Positions 41,723 to 52,272 of a DNA stretch of 64,000 bases are shown here, in pieces. The notes under the pieces are model-generated. The model did no database searches, was not told the DNA's origin, and saw nothing but the letters and a program-made list of their open reading frames with translations. This stretch comes from Candidatus Eiseniibacteriota bacterium (GTDB lineage Bacteria > Eisenbacteria > RBG-16-71-46): contig CAVSAC010000011.1 of the NCBI GenBank assembly GCA_963725865.1, positions 1-64,000 on the forward strand. Reading direction: 5' to 3'. Position numbers and translations under genes: made by a program. Positions within the stretch are counted from its first letter, which is position 1. Each line of letters begins with the position of its first letter.

Positions 41723-43443
41723 ATGTTCCGCCCGCGCCTCGTCGCCGTCGTCCTGGCGAGCCTCGTCATGACTGCCGCTTCCGACCAGACCACCTTCGCC
41801 GCCCGCGGCATCGCCACCCGCTCGGTGGTGTACGCGCCGCACGGCATGGTGTGCGCGCGCGCAGCCGCTCGCGGTGCAGGCCGGGCCTCGAGGTCCTCAA
41901 GGCCGGCGGCAGCGCCGTGGACGCCGCGATCGCCGTCAACGCCTGCCTCGGACTGCATGGAGCCGACCGCGAACGGCCTCGGCGGCGACCTGTTCGCGAT
42001 CGTCTGGGACCCGAAGACGACAGCACGCTGCACGGCCTCAACGGCTGCGGCCGTGCGCCGCTCGCGCTCACCGCGGACAAGGTGAAGCCCGAGCCCGACG
42101 GCACCATCCCGCTCTACTCGCCGTACTCGTGGACGGTGCCGGGCACCTGGACGGCTGGTTCGCGCTGCACGCGCGCTACGGCAGGCTGCCGCTGAGCGCG
42201 TGCTCGCGCCCGGCGATCGACTTCGCCGAGGAGGGCTTCCCGCTCTCGCCGGTGATCGCCTCCGACTGGGAGCGCTCGACGCGGGTGTTCAAGGACAAGC
42301 CGGGCTTCGCGCAGGTGTTCATGCCGGGCGGCCACGCGCCCGCGCGAGGGCGAGATCTTCCGCAATCCCGGCGCTGGCGAAGACGCTGCGCACTGCTCGC
42401 CGGCCAAGGGGCGCGACGCCTACTACAAGGGGCCGATCGCCGCCGAGCTCGTGCGCTACTCGCAGGCGAACGGCGGGTTCTTCTCGCTCGAGGACTTCGC
42501 GCGTCACACCTCGACGTGGGACGCGCCGGTCTCGACCGACTACCGCGGCTACACGTCTGGGAGCTGCCGCCCAACGGCCAGGGGATCGCGGCGCTGCAGA
42601 TGCTGAACATGCTCGAGAACTTCGACCTCAAGTCCATGGGCCGCGGCTCGCGCCGACTTCTGGCACGTGATGGTCGAGGCCAAGAAGCTCGCCTTCGCGG
42701 ACCGCGCGCGCTACTACGCCGACCCGGCCTTCGCGAAGGTGCCGGTGGCGGAGCTGCTCTCGAAGGCCTACGCGAAGCGAGCGCGCCAAGCTCATCGACC
42801 CATGGCGCGCACGGCAGCCGAGCGATCCGGCCCGGCGACCCGGCGGCGCTCGACAGCGCCGAGACCACCTACCTGTGCACCGCCGACGCGAGCGGCATGA
42901 TGGTGTCGCTGATCCAGAGCAACTACACCGGCTTCGGCAGCGGCTACGTGGTGCCCGAGCTCGGCTTCGGCCTGCAGAACCGCGGCGACCTGTTCTCGCT
43001 GCACGCACGGCCACGCCAACCGGCTCGAGCCGGGCAAGCGGCCGTTCCACACCATCATCCCCGCGTTCGTCACCAGGGACGGCAAGCCGCTGATGGCGTT
43101 CGGCCTGATGGGCGGCGACATGCAGCCGCAGGGGCACGCGCAGGTGATCGTGAACCTGGTGGACTTCGGCATGAACCTGCAGGAGGCGGGCGACGCGCTC
43201 CGCTTCCACCACACCGGATCGAGCGAGCCCACCGGGACGGTGATGACCGACGGCGGCGTGCTCCACCTCGAGGACGGCCTGCCCGACACGGTGCTCGCGG
43301 AGCTGAAGCGCCGCGGGCACGGCATCACCCCGGAATCGGTCGGCGCCTACGGCGGCTACCAGGCCATCTGGCGCGACCCCGTCACCGGCATCTACGCCGG
43401 CGCGACCGAGAAGCGCAAGGACGGCTGCGCGCTGGGATACTGA
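41723..43443 (+). CDS. ggt: Gamma-glutamyltransferase (many indels)
   Basis: GGSAVDAAIA, GLGGDLF, TVPG, ELPPNGQG, Ntn Thr ETTYL, SLIQSNY.GFGSG, KRPFHTIIP, GGDMQPQG, RKDG. Confidence 0.92.
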
Positions 43444-43766
43444 CGGCGGGGTCTGCGAGCGCGAGCCCGCCGGCGCCGGGCTGTCGCCGGCGCGGGACGG
43501 CGATCGCGGGCCCGGGGGGAGCCGCCCTCCGGGCGGGCCGGCCCCCGGCGCCCCGCGGACGCTGGCCACGGGAGTGCTTGCGTTCGGCGTGAAGTCGGTT
43601 ATCACCGCTGCCGATACACTTTTCGTCCCGCGTACCGGGCCCGACCCCTCGGACCCAGAAAAACGAAGCCCGGGACGAGACCGCCATGAGGGCGGCAGCC
43701 GTGCATGTATCTGGCGCACGCGGGATGCTCGCTGTCGGGCTTCCCGGATGCGCTCGGAGGGACCCG

Positions 43767-44255
43767 ATGACCGAGTCAGCCCAGCCGCGCCCCGAGGCGC
43801 GCGCCCAAGCCGCGCCGTCAGGCGCGAGCGCCTCACCGGCTCCGGCCGCCACCGTGCTCCTCGTCGATGACGAGCCCGTGGTGCGCCGTCTGGTCGAGAC
43901 CGTGCTGCGCTCGAAGGGCTACGAGGTGGTCGCGGCCGCCAGTGGCGACGAGGCGCTCCAGCTGCTGTCGCGCCCGGTGGCGCAGTCGTACCGCGTGCTG
44001 GTCTCCGACGTGGTGATGCCCGGCCCCGGTGGCTTCGACATCGCCGCCCGCTTCCTCGCCAGCCACCCCGGCGCGCGCGCGGTGCTGATGTCCGGCTCGA
44101 TCACCGCCGACGAGGTCAACGACCCGCGCTTCGACGACCGCGTGGACTTCCTCGCCAAGCCGTTCCGGGCCGCCGCGCTGCTCGAGCGGGTGGAGCGATC
44201 GCTGGCGCGCGCCGCGGCCTACAGCGCCTCGGTCGTGTCGCCGCGCGCCGCCTGA
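43767..44255 (+). CDS. Single-domain response regulator (REC)
   Basis: VLLVDDE, SDVVMPG, MSG, FLAKPF. Confidence 0.9.
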   Translation: MTESAQPRPEARAQAAPSGASASPAPAATVLLVDDEPVVRRLVETVLRSKGYEVVAAASGDEALQLLSRPVAQSYRVLVSDVVMPGPGGFDIAARFLASHPGARAVLMSGSITADEVNDPRFDDRVDFLAKPFRAAALLERVERSLARAAAYSASVVSPRAA

Positions 44256-44383
44256 GGCGAGCCCAGGTGGGGCGGACGACGCCCGGTGGGAGGCGCCCGC
44301 AGGCGCCGTTTGATGCGCACTCGCCCGCTCGGGTACCCTCCCGCGGTCCTACGCCACATCCCGGACCCCTAGGAGACGCCACC

Positions 44384-46519
44384 ATGGCGGCCACGCGCGC
44401 GCACGTGACCCCGACGGCCGAGCACCATGGCCTGACGCGCGACGACCTCGTCGGCCTCTACCGCACGATGTACACCTCGCGCCGGATCGACGACGAGGAG
44501 ATCCGGCTCAAGAAGCTCGACCAGATCTTCTTCCAGATCTCGGGAGCGGGCCACGAGGCGGTGCTGGCGGCGGCCGGCAAGCTGCTGCGGCCCGGCGTAC
44601 GACTGGTTCTATCCCTACTACCGCGACCGGGCGCTGTGCCTGCAGCTCGGCATGACGCCGCGCGAGATGCTGCTCTCGGCGGTCGGCGCCGCCGAGGACC
44701 CGAACTCGGGCGGCCGCCAGATGCCGAGCCACTGGGGGCACAAGCGGCTCAACATCGTGTCGCAGTCGAGCCCGACCGGGACGCAGTTCCTGCAGGCGGT
44801 GGGCGCGGCCGAGGCGCTGGTGAAGTACCGCGACCTCGAGGGCGAGCATCCGGAGCTGCGCGGCCGGGTCCAGGGCGACGAGGTGGTCTACGTCAGTGGC
44901 GGTGACGGCACCACCAGCGAGGGCGAGTTCTGGGAGGCGCTCAACTCCGCGTGCAACCTGAGGCTGCCGGTGCTGTTCCTGATCGAGGACAACGGCTACG
45001 CCATCTCGGTGCCGGTGGAGGTGCAGACCGCCGGCGGCAACGTCGCCCGGCTGGTGAAGGGCTTCCCGAACCTGCACTGGATCGGCGAGGTGGACGGCAA
45101 CGACCCGCTCGCGTCGTACGCGGCGCTGCGCGAGGCGATCGCGTACTGCCGCGAGCGCAGGGGCCCGGCGTTCGTGCGCGCCAAGGTCACGCGACCGTAC
45201 TCGCACTCGATGTCGGACGACGAGACCAAGTACAAGCCCCAGCACCTGCGCGAGACCGAGGCCGAGCAGGACTGCCTGCGCACGTTCTCGCGCTACCTGG
45301 TGGAGCGCGGGCTGCTCGACGAGAAGAGCCTGGCCGCGCTGCACGAGGAGGTCCACGCCGCGCTGCGCCAGTCGAGCGAGGAGGCGCAGACGTCGCCGCA
45401 GCCGCCGGTGCAGACGGCCACGATGTACGTGTTCTCGCCCGACATCGACCCGACCTCCGACCGGTTCGTGAGCGAGCCGAAGCCCGAGCGGCCCGACTCG
45501 GCCGAGACCATGCTGCAGAGCATCAACTACTGCCTGCGCGACGAGATGCAGCGCAACGCGCGCATCGTGATGTTCGGCGAGGACGTGGCGGACAACTCCC
45601 ACGAGGACGCGCTCGAGGAGACCCGGGGCAAGGGCGGCGTGTTCGGCGTCACCTGGGGGCTGCAGAAGCAGTTCGGGAGCAAGCGCGTGTACAACTCGCC
45701 GCTCGCCGAGGCCAACATCGTGGGCCGCGCCATCGGCCTGGCGACGCTGGGCCTGCGGCCCGTGGTCGAGATCCAGTTCTTCGACTACATCTGGCCGGCG
45801 ATGATGCAGATCCGCGACGAGCTGGGCTACATGCGCTACCGCTCGAACAACGCGTTCAGCTGCCCGGTCATCATCCGCACCGCCTACGGCGGCTACCTGC
45901 GCGGCGGCGCGCCGTACCACAGCCAGTGCGGCGAGAGCATCTTCGCGCACTGCCCCGGCCTGCGCGTCGTGATGCCGAGCTACGCGAGCGACGCCGCCGG
46001 CCTGATGCGCACCGCGCTGCGCAGCGAGGACCCGGTGCTGTTCCTCGAGCACAAGCACCTCTACCGCCAGCCCTACGCCAAGGAGCCGTACCCGGGCCCC
46101 GAGTACACGGTGCCGTTCGGCCGGGCGCGCGTCGTGCGCCCGGGCACGACGTCACGGTGGTGACGTGGGGCGCGCTGGTGCAGCGCAGCTACCTCGCGGC
46201 GCAGGAGCTGGCCGACGAGGGGATCGACACCGAGGTGCTCGACCTGCGCACCATGCAGCCGTTCGACTTCGAGACCGTGGCCGGCTCCGTGGCCAAGACC
46301 GGACGCGTCATCGTCGCGCACGAGGACACGCTCTCGTGCGGCTTCGGGGCCGAGGTCGCGGCGCGCATGGCGCCGGAGTGCTTCATGGACCTCGACGCGC
46401 CGGTGCGGCGCGTGGCGGCGCTCGACACGCCGGTCGCCTACTCGCCCCAGCTCGAGGACGTGATCCTGCCGCAGAAGGACTCCATGGTGCGCGCCATCCG
46501 CGAGCTCGCGGCCTACTGA
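44384..46519 (+). CDS. Fused 2-oxoacid dehydrogenase E1 alpha/beta (BCKDH-like; two indels)
   Basis: [14 protein letters not shown], ThDP motif [38 protein letters not shown]. Confidence 0.92.
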
Positions 46520-46622
46520 CCGCCGCCGCACCCAGGCTCGATCGGGCCCGCCGCGGACGAGGCGGGCCCATCGTGTCGCAGGGGCGGGGGCGCCGTCGCG
46601 CGGCCGCGCGCGTGAGGCGGGC

Positions 46623-49049
46623 TCAGCTCGCGGGGGTGAGGCGGAGCCGCCCGGCGGCGACCGCGTCGATGCGCGGTCCCTCGAGGAACAGCGGCACGTA
46701 GCCGTGTCCGGCCCACAGCCGGGTGAGCTCGCGCGCGCTGGGCGCGTCGTCGGGCACGTTGCCGGGCGGGATCACCGCGAGCGAGGAGTCGCCCACCGCC
46801 AGATCCACCAGGTGGCGGAACGCGGGGCCGTGCACGACCTCGATCGAGCGCGGCAGCCGCGACGGGGCCACGCACGGCGTGGAGTTGTCGCCGTCCACCG
46901 CCACGCTCGCGGTGCGCCACCCCGGCTCGTCCGGGTACCAGCCCGCGATCTCGCGCGGGAAGTGGGCCCGATGCGCGCGCCCCCAGCGCCAGGTCGACAG
47001 GTCGGGGCCGAGCAGGCGGGCGAGGTCGACCAGCGCGCTGTCGAGCGCGGCGGCGGCGCCGCGGGCGGGACGCTCGCTCACGCGTGCCAGCGCCGGCGTC
47101 TCGCGCGCCTCGCCGTCGAGCGTCGCGAGCAGGCGCGCGGGCAGCCCCTCGAGCCCCCAGCGCCGCGCCAGCGCCGCGTACCACGCGCGCCACAGCGTCG
47201 GCGCCACGCGGTCGCGCCGCGCCTCGAAGTCCCAGCCGCGCAGCGTGTCGAGCGCGGCACGCGCGCGCGGTCCGAGCGTGCCGCGCGCCGAGTCGGCGCA
47301 CGCCACCAGCCGCGGCACCAGCCGCGACGCCATGGTCGAGCGCACGTCGTTCTGCACGCTGCGCAGGTCGGCGAGCGTGATGGAGGGATCGCCCCCGAGT
47401 CGCTGCGCGATGCGCAGCGCGCGGTCGTGGGCCCAGTCGTAGCGCGGCAGGGGGTCGGGGAACGCGGGGCCCACCGGGCGGTTGTTGGCGTTGACCACCA
47501 CGCCGCCGGCGGGCACGTCCCACGCCGGCATGCGCTCGGTCGCGACGAAGCCGGTCCACTCGTGAGCGCCATCGCCGGGCAGGGGCCCCGGCGCCGGCGC
47601 GCGCGCGCGCCGCGGCAGCAGCCCGCACGCCTGGTAGCGCACGTGGCCGCCGCGGTCGGCGACGATGAGGTTGAGGGTCGGGGTGACCAGGGTGGCGAAG
47701 CGCCGCGCGACCTCGCGGGCGTCGCGCGAGCGTTCCACCCCCAGCATCGCCGCCAGCGTGACGCGCCCGTCCTCGAATGCCGACCAGCGCACGCTGAGGG
47801 CGAGGTGGTGCTTGCGGTCGAAGCTCACCACCGGGCCGTGCGGGGTATAGCGGCGCGTCTGGCCGGGGGGCGGGACGGAGAGGCCGAGGAAGCGGAAGCG
47901 CAGGTCGAAGGGCCGCTCGACCACGTCCGCCCAGCCGCCGTTCCAGCGCACCCGCCGGCCATCGGCGGAGAGCGTGTCGGCGTACACGTCCACCACGTCG
48001 GCCGAGAGCGCCGTCACGCCCCAGGCGCAGTCGCGGTTGCGACCGCTGACGATCGCGGGCAGCCCCGGGATGCACGCGCCGGCGGCGTCCACCACGCCCG
48101 GCACGCTCACGTGCACCACGTAGAACGGCCCGGGCGTGGCGAGGGCGAGGTGTGGATCGTTCGCGAACAGCGGTGCGCCGCTGGCGCTGCGGCTCGGGCC
48201 GACCGCGAACGCGTTGCTGGCGCGGCTCGCGCCGTCGTCGTCCCGGGGTGGGGCGAAGGCGGCGAGTGCCGCCGCCGCGCGCTCGGCCAGGCCCGCGGGC
48301 AACCCCGCGCGCGGCGCGTCCGCGGCGGGCCGCAGCGGCGCGAGGTCGCCGGCGTAGAGCCGTCGCGCCACGCTGTCGGGGATGGTGTCGTAGATCCAGC
48401 GGCCCTCGAAGCGGCGCCGCGCCGCGATCCACGCCGCGTCGTGGCGGCGCAGCTCGCGCGCCTCGCGCAGCTCGGGCAGGTCGAGGTCGAGGGTCACGCC
48501 CATGCCGAGCAGCAGCAGCACGCTGTCCTCGGGGCGCCAGTCCTCGGGGCGGTGCCCGACGCGCGCGAACTCGCGCGGCCAGGGAGCCGCGCCGCGCCGG
48601 CACAGCGCCAGGTAGGCGTTGACGCCCGCGGCGTAGCGCTCGAGCGGCTCGCGCGTCGCCGGGTCGCGGCGCTCGCGCGCCCAGATCGCCGCCGCGCGCT
48701 CGCCGAGCCGGAACAGCTGCGCGCCGCCGTCGGCCTCGAGCGTGGAGTTGCCGGCCCACTCGTAGAGGTGGCCGCGCGCCGCGCGGCGCGTGCACTCGAG
48801 CTGCCACAGCCGGTCGCGCGCCGTGACGAAGCCCCACAGCAGGTAGAGGTCGGAGAGGTCGCGGGCGCGCAGGTGGGGGATGCCCCAGCGGTCGGTGACC
48901 ACCTCGGCCGCTGCCGCGAGACCGGGCACCGCGATCGTGCCGGAGGGGCCCGGGACCGGCGGGGCCGCCACGCCACGCGCCGGCGTGTCGAGCACCGGCG
49001 CCGCCAGCACGGCGAGCGCGAGCGCGGCGAGGACCAGGGCGGAGCGCAT
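46623..49049 (-). CDS. Penicillin acylase family Ntn-hydrolase, exported
   Basis: DRWGIPH, ARDRLWQ, beta-chain start SNAFAV, ANDPHL, NANN, WGRAH. Confidence 0.92.
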   Translation of the reverse strand: MRSALVLAALALAVLAAPVLDTPARGVAAPPVPGPSGTIAVPGLAAAAEVVTDRWGIPHLRARDLSDLYLLWGFVTARDRLWQLECTRRAARGHLYEWAGNSTLEADGGAQLFRLGERAAAIWARERRDPATREPLERYAAGVNAYLALCRRGAAPWPREFARVGHRPEDWRPEDSVLLLLGMGVTLDLDLPELREARELRRHDAAWIAARRRFEGRWIYDTIPDSVARRLYAGDLAPLRPAADAPRAGLPAGLAERAAAALAAFAPPRDDDGASRASNAFAVGPSRSASGAPLFANDPHLALATPGPFYVVHVSVPGVVDAAGACIPGLPAIVSGRNRDCAWGVTALSADVVDVYADTLSADGRRVRWNGGWADVVERPFDLRFRFLGLSVPPPGQTRRYTPHGPVVSFDRKHHLALSVRWSAFEDGRVTLAAMLGVERSRDAREVARRFATLVTPTLNLIVADRGGHVRYQACGLLPRRARAPAPGPLPGDGAHEWTGFVATERMPAWDVPAGGVVVNANNRPVGPAFPDPLPRYDWAHDRALRIAQRLGGDPSITLADLRSVQNDVRSTMASRLVPRLVACADSARGTLGPRARAALDTLRGWDFEARRDRVAPTLWRAWYAALARRWGLEGLPARLLATLDGEARETPALARVSERPARGAAAALDSALVDLARLLGPDLSTWRWGRAHRAHFPREIAGWYPDEPGWRTASVAVDGDNSTPCVAPSRLPRSIEVVHGPAFRHLVDLAVGDSSLAVIPPGNVPDDAPSARELTRLWAGHGYVPLFLEGPRIDAVAAGRLRLTPAS

Positions 49050-49106
49050 GCGCGCACTCTGCCACGCGCGCGCGCGCGCGGTCCAGCCCCGTGCTAGTGT
49101 GCCGCC

Positions 49107-50061
49107 ATGTCCGCGTCCTTCGTGCTCGCGTTCGATCTCGGCGGCACCGACCTCAAGTCCGCGCTGGTGGACGAGGACGGCACCGTGCATCACTTCGCCC
49201 GCGCGCCCTCGCGCGTGACCGAGAGCCTCGAGGCGCCGCTGGCGGCGATCGTGGCGGCGGCCGCGCGCCTGCGCGCGCTGGCGGGCGGGCCGGTGGTGGC
49301 GGCGGGGCTGGGCTCGCCCGGCGTGGTGCACCCCGACACCGGCGCGCTGGTGGGGCGCACCGCGCACCTGCCGCACTGGGACTCGCTGCCGCTGCGCGCG
49401 CGGCTCGAGGAACGCCTCGCGCTCCCGGTGGCGGTGGACAACGACGCGAACCTCGCCGCGCTCGGCGAGCACCGGCGGGCGCGGCGCGCGGGGCGCGGGT
49501 GTCCGGTGACGATCACCGTCGGCACCGGCATGGGCTGCGGCATCGTCGTCGAGGGCCGCGTGCTGCGCGGCGCGTGGGGTGGCGCGGGCGAGATCTCGGC
49601 CACGCCGGCGCTCGGCGGCGCCGGCCCGGCCTGCGCGTGCGGCGTCGAGGGCTGCATCGAGCCGCGTCTCGGGCGGCGAGGGGCTGGCCGCCGCGGCGCG
49701 CGACGCGGGGCTCGACGCGCCGCGGGCGCGCGCGACGTGTTCGCGCTCGCGGCGGCGGGCGACGCCACGCGCGGTGCGCTCGTCGCGACGATGACCGACG
49801 CGCTCGGGCGCCAGGTCGCGCTGGCGTGCAGACGTGGTGAACCCCGAGATCGTCGTGGTCGGCGGCGGAGTGGCGCAGGCGGGCGAGGCCCTGCTCGCGC
49901 CGGTGCGCGCGTCGGTGGCGCGCTACGCGCAGCCCTCGCACACACGCGCGCTGCGCATCGTGCCCGCGGCGCTCGGCAACCGCGCCGGCGTGGTGGGGGC
50001 GGGGCTCTTGGCGTGGGAGCGGCGGAAGGCCGCTGACGTTCGGCGGCGGCCGGCCGGCTAG
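49107..50061 (+). CDS. ROK family sugar kinase (indels)
   Basis: DLGGT, DNDANLAALGE, GTGMG.G, AGE, CACG..GCIE, VGGGV, AGVVGA. Confidence 0.9.
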
Positions 50062-50075
50062 ACCGGGCCGGCGGC

Positions 50076-51420
50076 CTAGCCGCCGATCGTCAGCAGCGGC
50101 TCGGGACGCGGCGCCGTCGACGGACTCGCCGATCAGCGTGATCGGCGTCGCGCCCACGATGCGCACGCGGCGCAGCGTGCCCGGCGCGGAGCCGTCGTCG
50201 GCGAAGACCACGGTCTTGAAGTCGCGGCTCTTGCCGAACAGCTGCGCCTCGTCGCGCCGGCCGCGGCCCTCGACCAGCACCTCGACCTCGCGGCCGAGCC
50301 AGCGCGTCGTTGATCTCGCCCGAGATGCGCGTGCTGCAGCTCGATCAGCTCGCGTGAGGCGGCGGCCCTTCTCCTCCTCGGACACGTCTCGGGCCGCGGA
50401 ACGCCTTGGTGTCGGGCCGCGCCGAGTACTTGAAGAGGAACGCGCTGTCCCAGCGCACCTCGCGCATGTAGTCGAGCGTCGCGCGGAAGTCGTCTTCGGT
50501 CTCGCCGGGGAAGCCGGCGATCAGGTCGGTGGTGAGCGCGATGCCCGGCACGGCCGCGCGCAGCCGCGCGACGACGTCGCGGTACCTGCGCGAGCGTGTA
50601 CGTGCGGTTCATCGCCTCCAGCACGCGGTCGCGACGCCGACTGCAGCGGCAGGTGGACCTGCGGCATGACCTTCGTCGCACTCGGCCATCGCCGCGATCA
50701 CGCGCTCGCTCATGTCGCTCGGGTGCGGCGAGGTGAAGCGGATGCGCGCGACGCCGTCCATCGGCGTCGCCGCGCGCAGCAGGTCGGCGAAGTCGTGATC
50801 GCCGTGCCGCCACGAGTTCACCGTCTGGCCGAGGAACACGATCTCGCGGAAGCCCTGCGGCGACGGCGCCGCGCGACCTGGCGCACGAGGTCCGCGAGCG
50901 GAAGGCTGCGCTCGCGCCCGCGCGTGTACGGCACGACGCAGTAGGTGCAGAACTTGTCGCAGCCGCGCTGCACCGTGATCCACGCGCGCACGCCGTCGTC
51001 GCGCTTCGGCTCGAGGTCGCCGTAGGTCTCGTCGCGGTCGAGCCGGAGCTCGGCGACCGGCTCGCCGGCGGCGCGCCGCAGCAGCTCGGGCAGGTGGCGG
51101 TAGCCGTCGGGCCCACGACCAGGTCGAGCACGCCGCCTGCGTCGAGCAGCTTCGCCGCGCAGGTGCTGCGCCATGCAGCCGGCCACGCCGACGACCAGCG
51201 CGGGGTTGGCCGCTTGAGGCGCGCGAACTCGCCGAGCCGGCCGAGCACGCGCTGCTCGGCGTGCTCGCGGATGGCGCAGGTGTTGAGGATGACGGCGTCG
51301 GCGTCCTCGGGGCGCTCGCACGAGCGTCGATGCCGGCGCGCTCGAGCACGCCGGCCATGAGCTCGCTGTCGGCCACGTTCATCTGGCAGCCGTAGGTTTC
51401 GAGGAAGACGCGCTTGTCAT
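50076..51420 (-). CDS. miaB: tRNA-2-methylthio-N6-dimethylallyladenosine synthase (many indels)
   Basis: TYGCQMNVADSE, GCMAQ, radical SAM GCDKFCTYCVVPYTRG, GQTVNS, RFTSPHP, D.IAGFPGET, TRAM domain. Confidence 0.93.
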
Positions 51421-51663
51421 GGGGCGGGGAAGCTACCACGCCCTCGGGGGGCGCGGCCAGCGCGGCGGGGACGGGCCCGCCGGGGACGCGATGTGGGTCG
51501 CGCCCCCGGCTGCGCTCCGAAGGTCGCCGGGAGGAGATCCCGGGTCGGCCCGGGGTGTCGGTCGCGTGGGGCAGGGACTTGAGAGCCACGCTTGACACGG
51601 ACGCACCCGGTGGGCCGTGGGGACTTCGCCGGCGTCCCGTCGTCCCGACGACCCGGAGAAGCC

Positions 51664-52055
51664 ATGCCCACCCAGCCCGCGCGGAAGCTCGAGACGTTCC
51701 CCAATCCGAGCCCGGACCGCGACTACTGGATCCGCCACGAGTGCCCGGAGTACACGGCGGTGTGCCCGGTCACGGGCCAGCCCGATTTCGGCACGATCAT
51801 CGTGCTCCTACGTGCCCGACAAGCTCTGCGTCGAGCTCAAGTCGCTCAAGCTCTACCTGTGGTCGTTCCGCGACGAGGGGCACTACTTCGAGCAGGTCAC
51901 GAACCAGATCCTCGACGACCTGGTGCACGCGATGAAGCCGCGCCGGATCACGGTCATCGGGACGCTTCAACGTGCGCGGGGGTATCACCACGCAGGTGGT
52001 GGCCCGCTACGAGGCCGACGTCGCGGCCCGCCGGCGCGCGCGCGCGCGACGCTGA
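51664..52055 (+). CDS. queF: preQ0 reductase, type I (indels)
   Basis: [41 protein letters not shown]. Confidence 0.93.
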
Positions 52056-52272
52056 GGGCGGGCGCGCGGGTGCGACCCGACGCGACCCAGTCACCTGGCG
52101 CTTCGCTCCGTGCCGGCTCGCCCGAGCGGATCGGTTCGTGGGAGCGGCCGGGCTCGTGGCTTCACGCTTGACCATCCGCACCGTGGCGGCGGGATACTCT
52201 TCCCTCCGCCGCTGGCCGCGCATCCCAACCGCCGCGCAGGCGCGCCCACCCGCGCCCGCCGGGGAGTCCCGC

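Noticed and set aside
43444..43766. ncRNA in the ggt-REC intergenic region (locally AT-richer, some hairpins)
   Set aside because: No recognisable family features; consistent with a terminator plus promoter.
51540..51663. preQ1 riboswitch upstream of queF
   Set aside because: No AGAGGTTCTAG-like core or A-rich 3' tail is visible.
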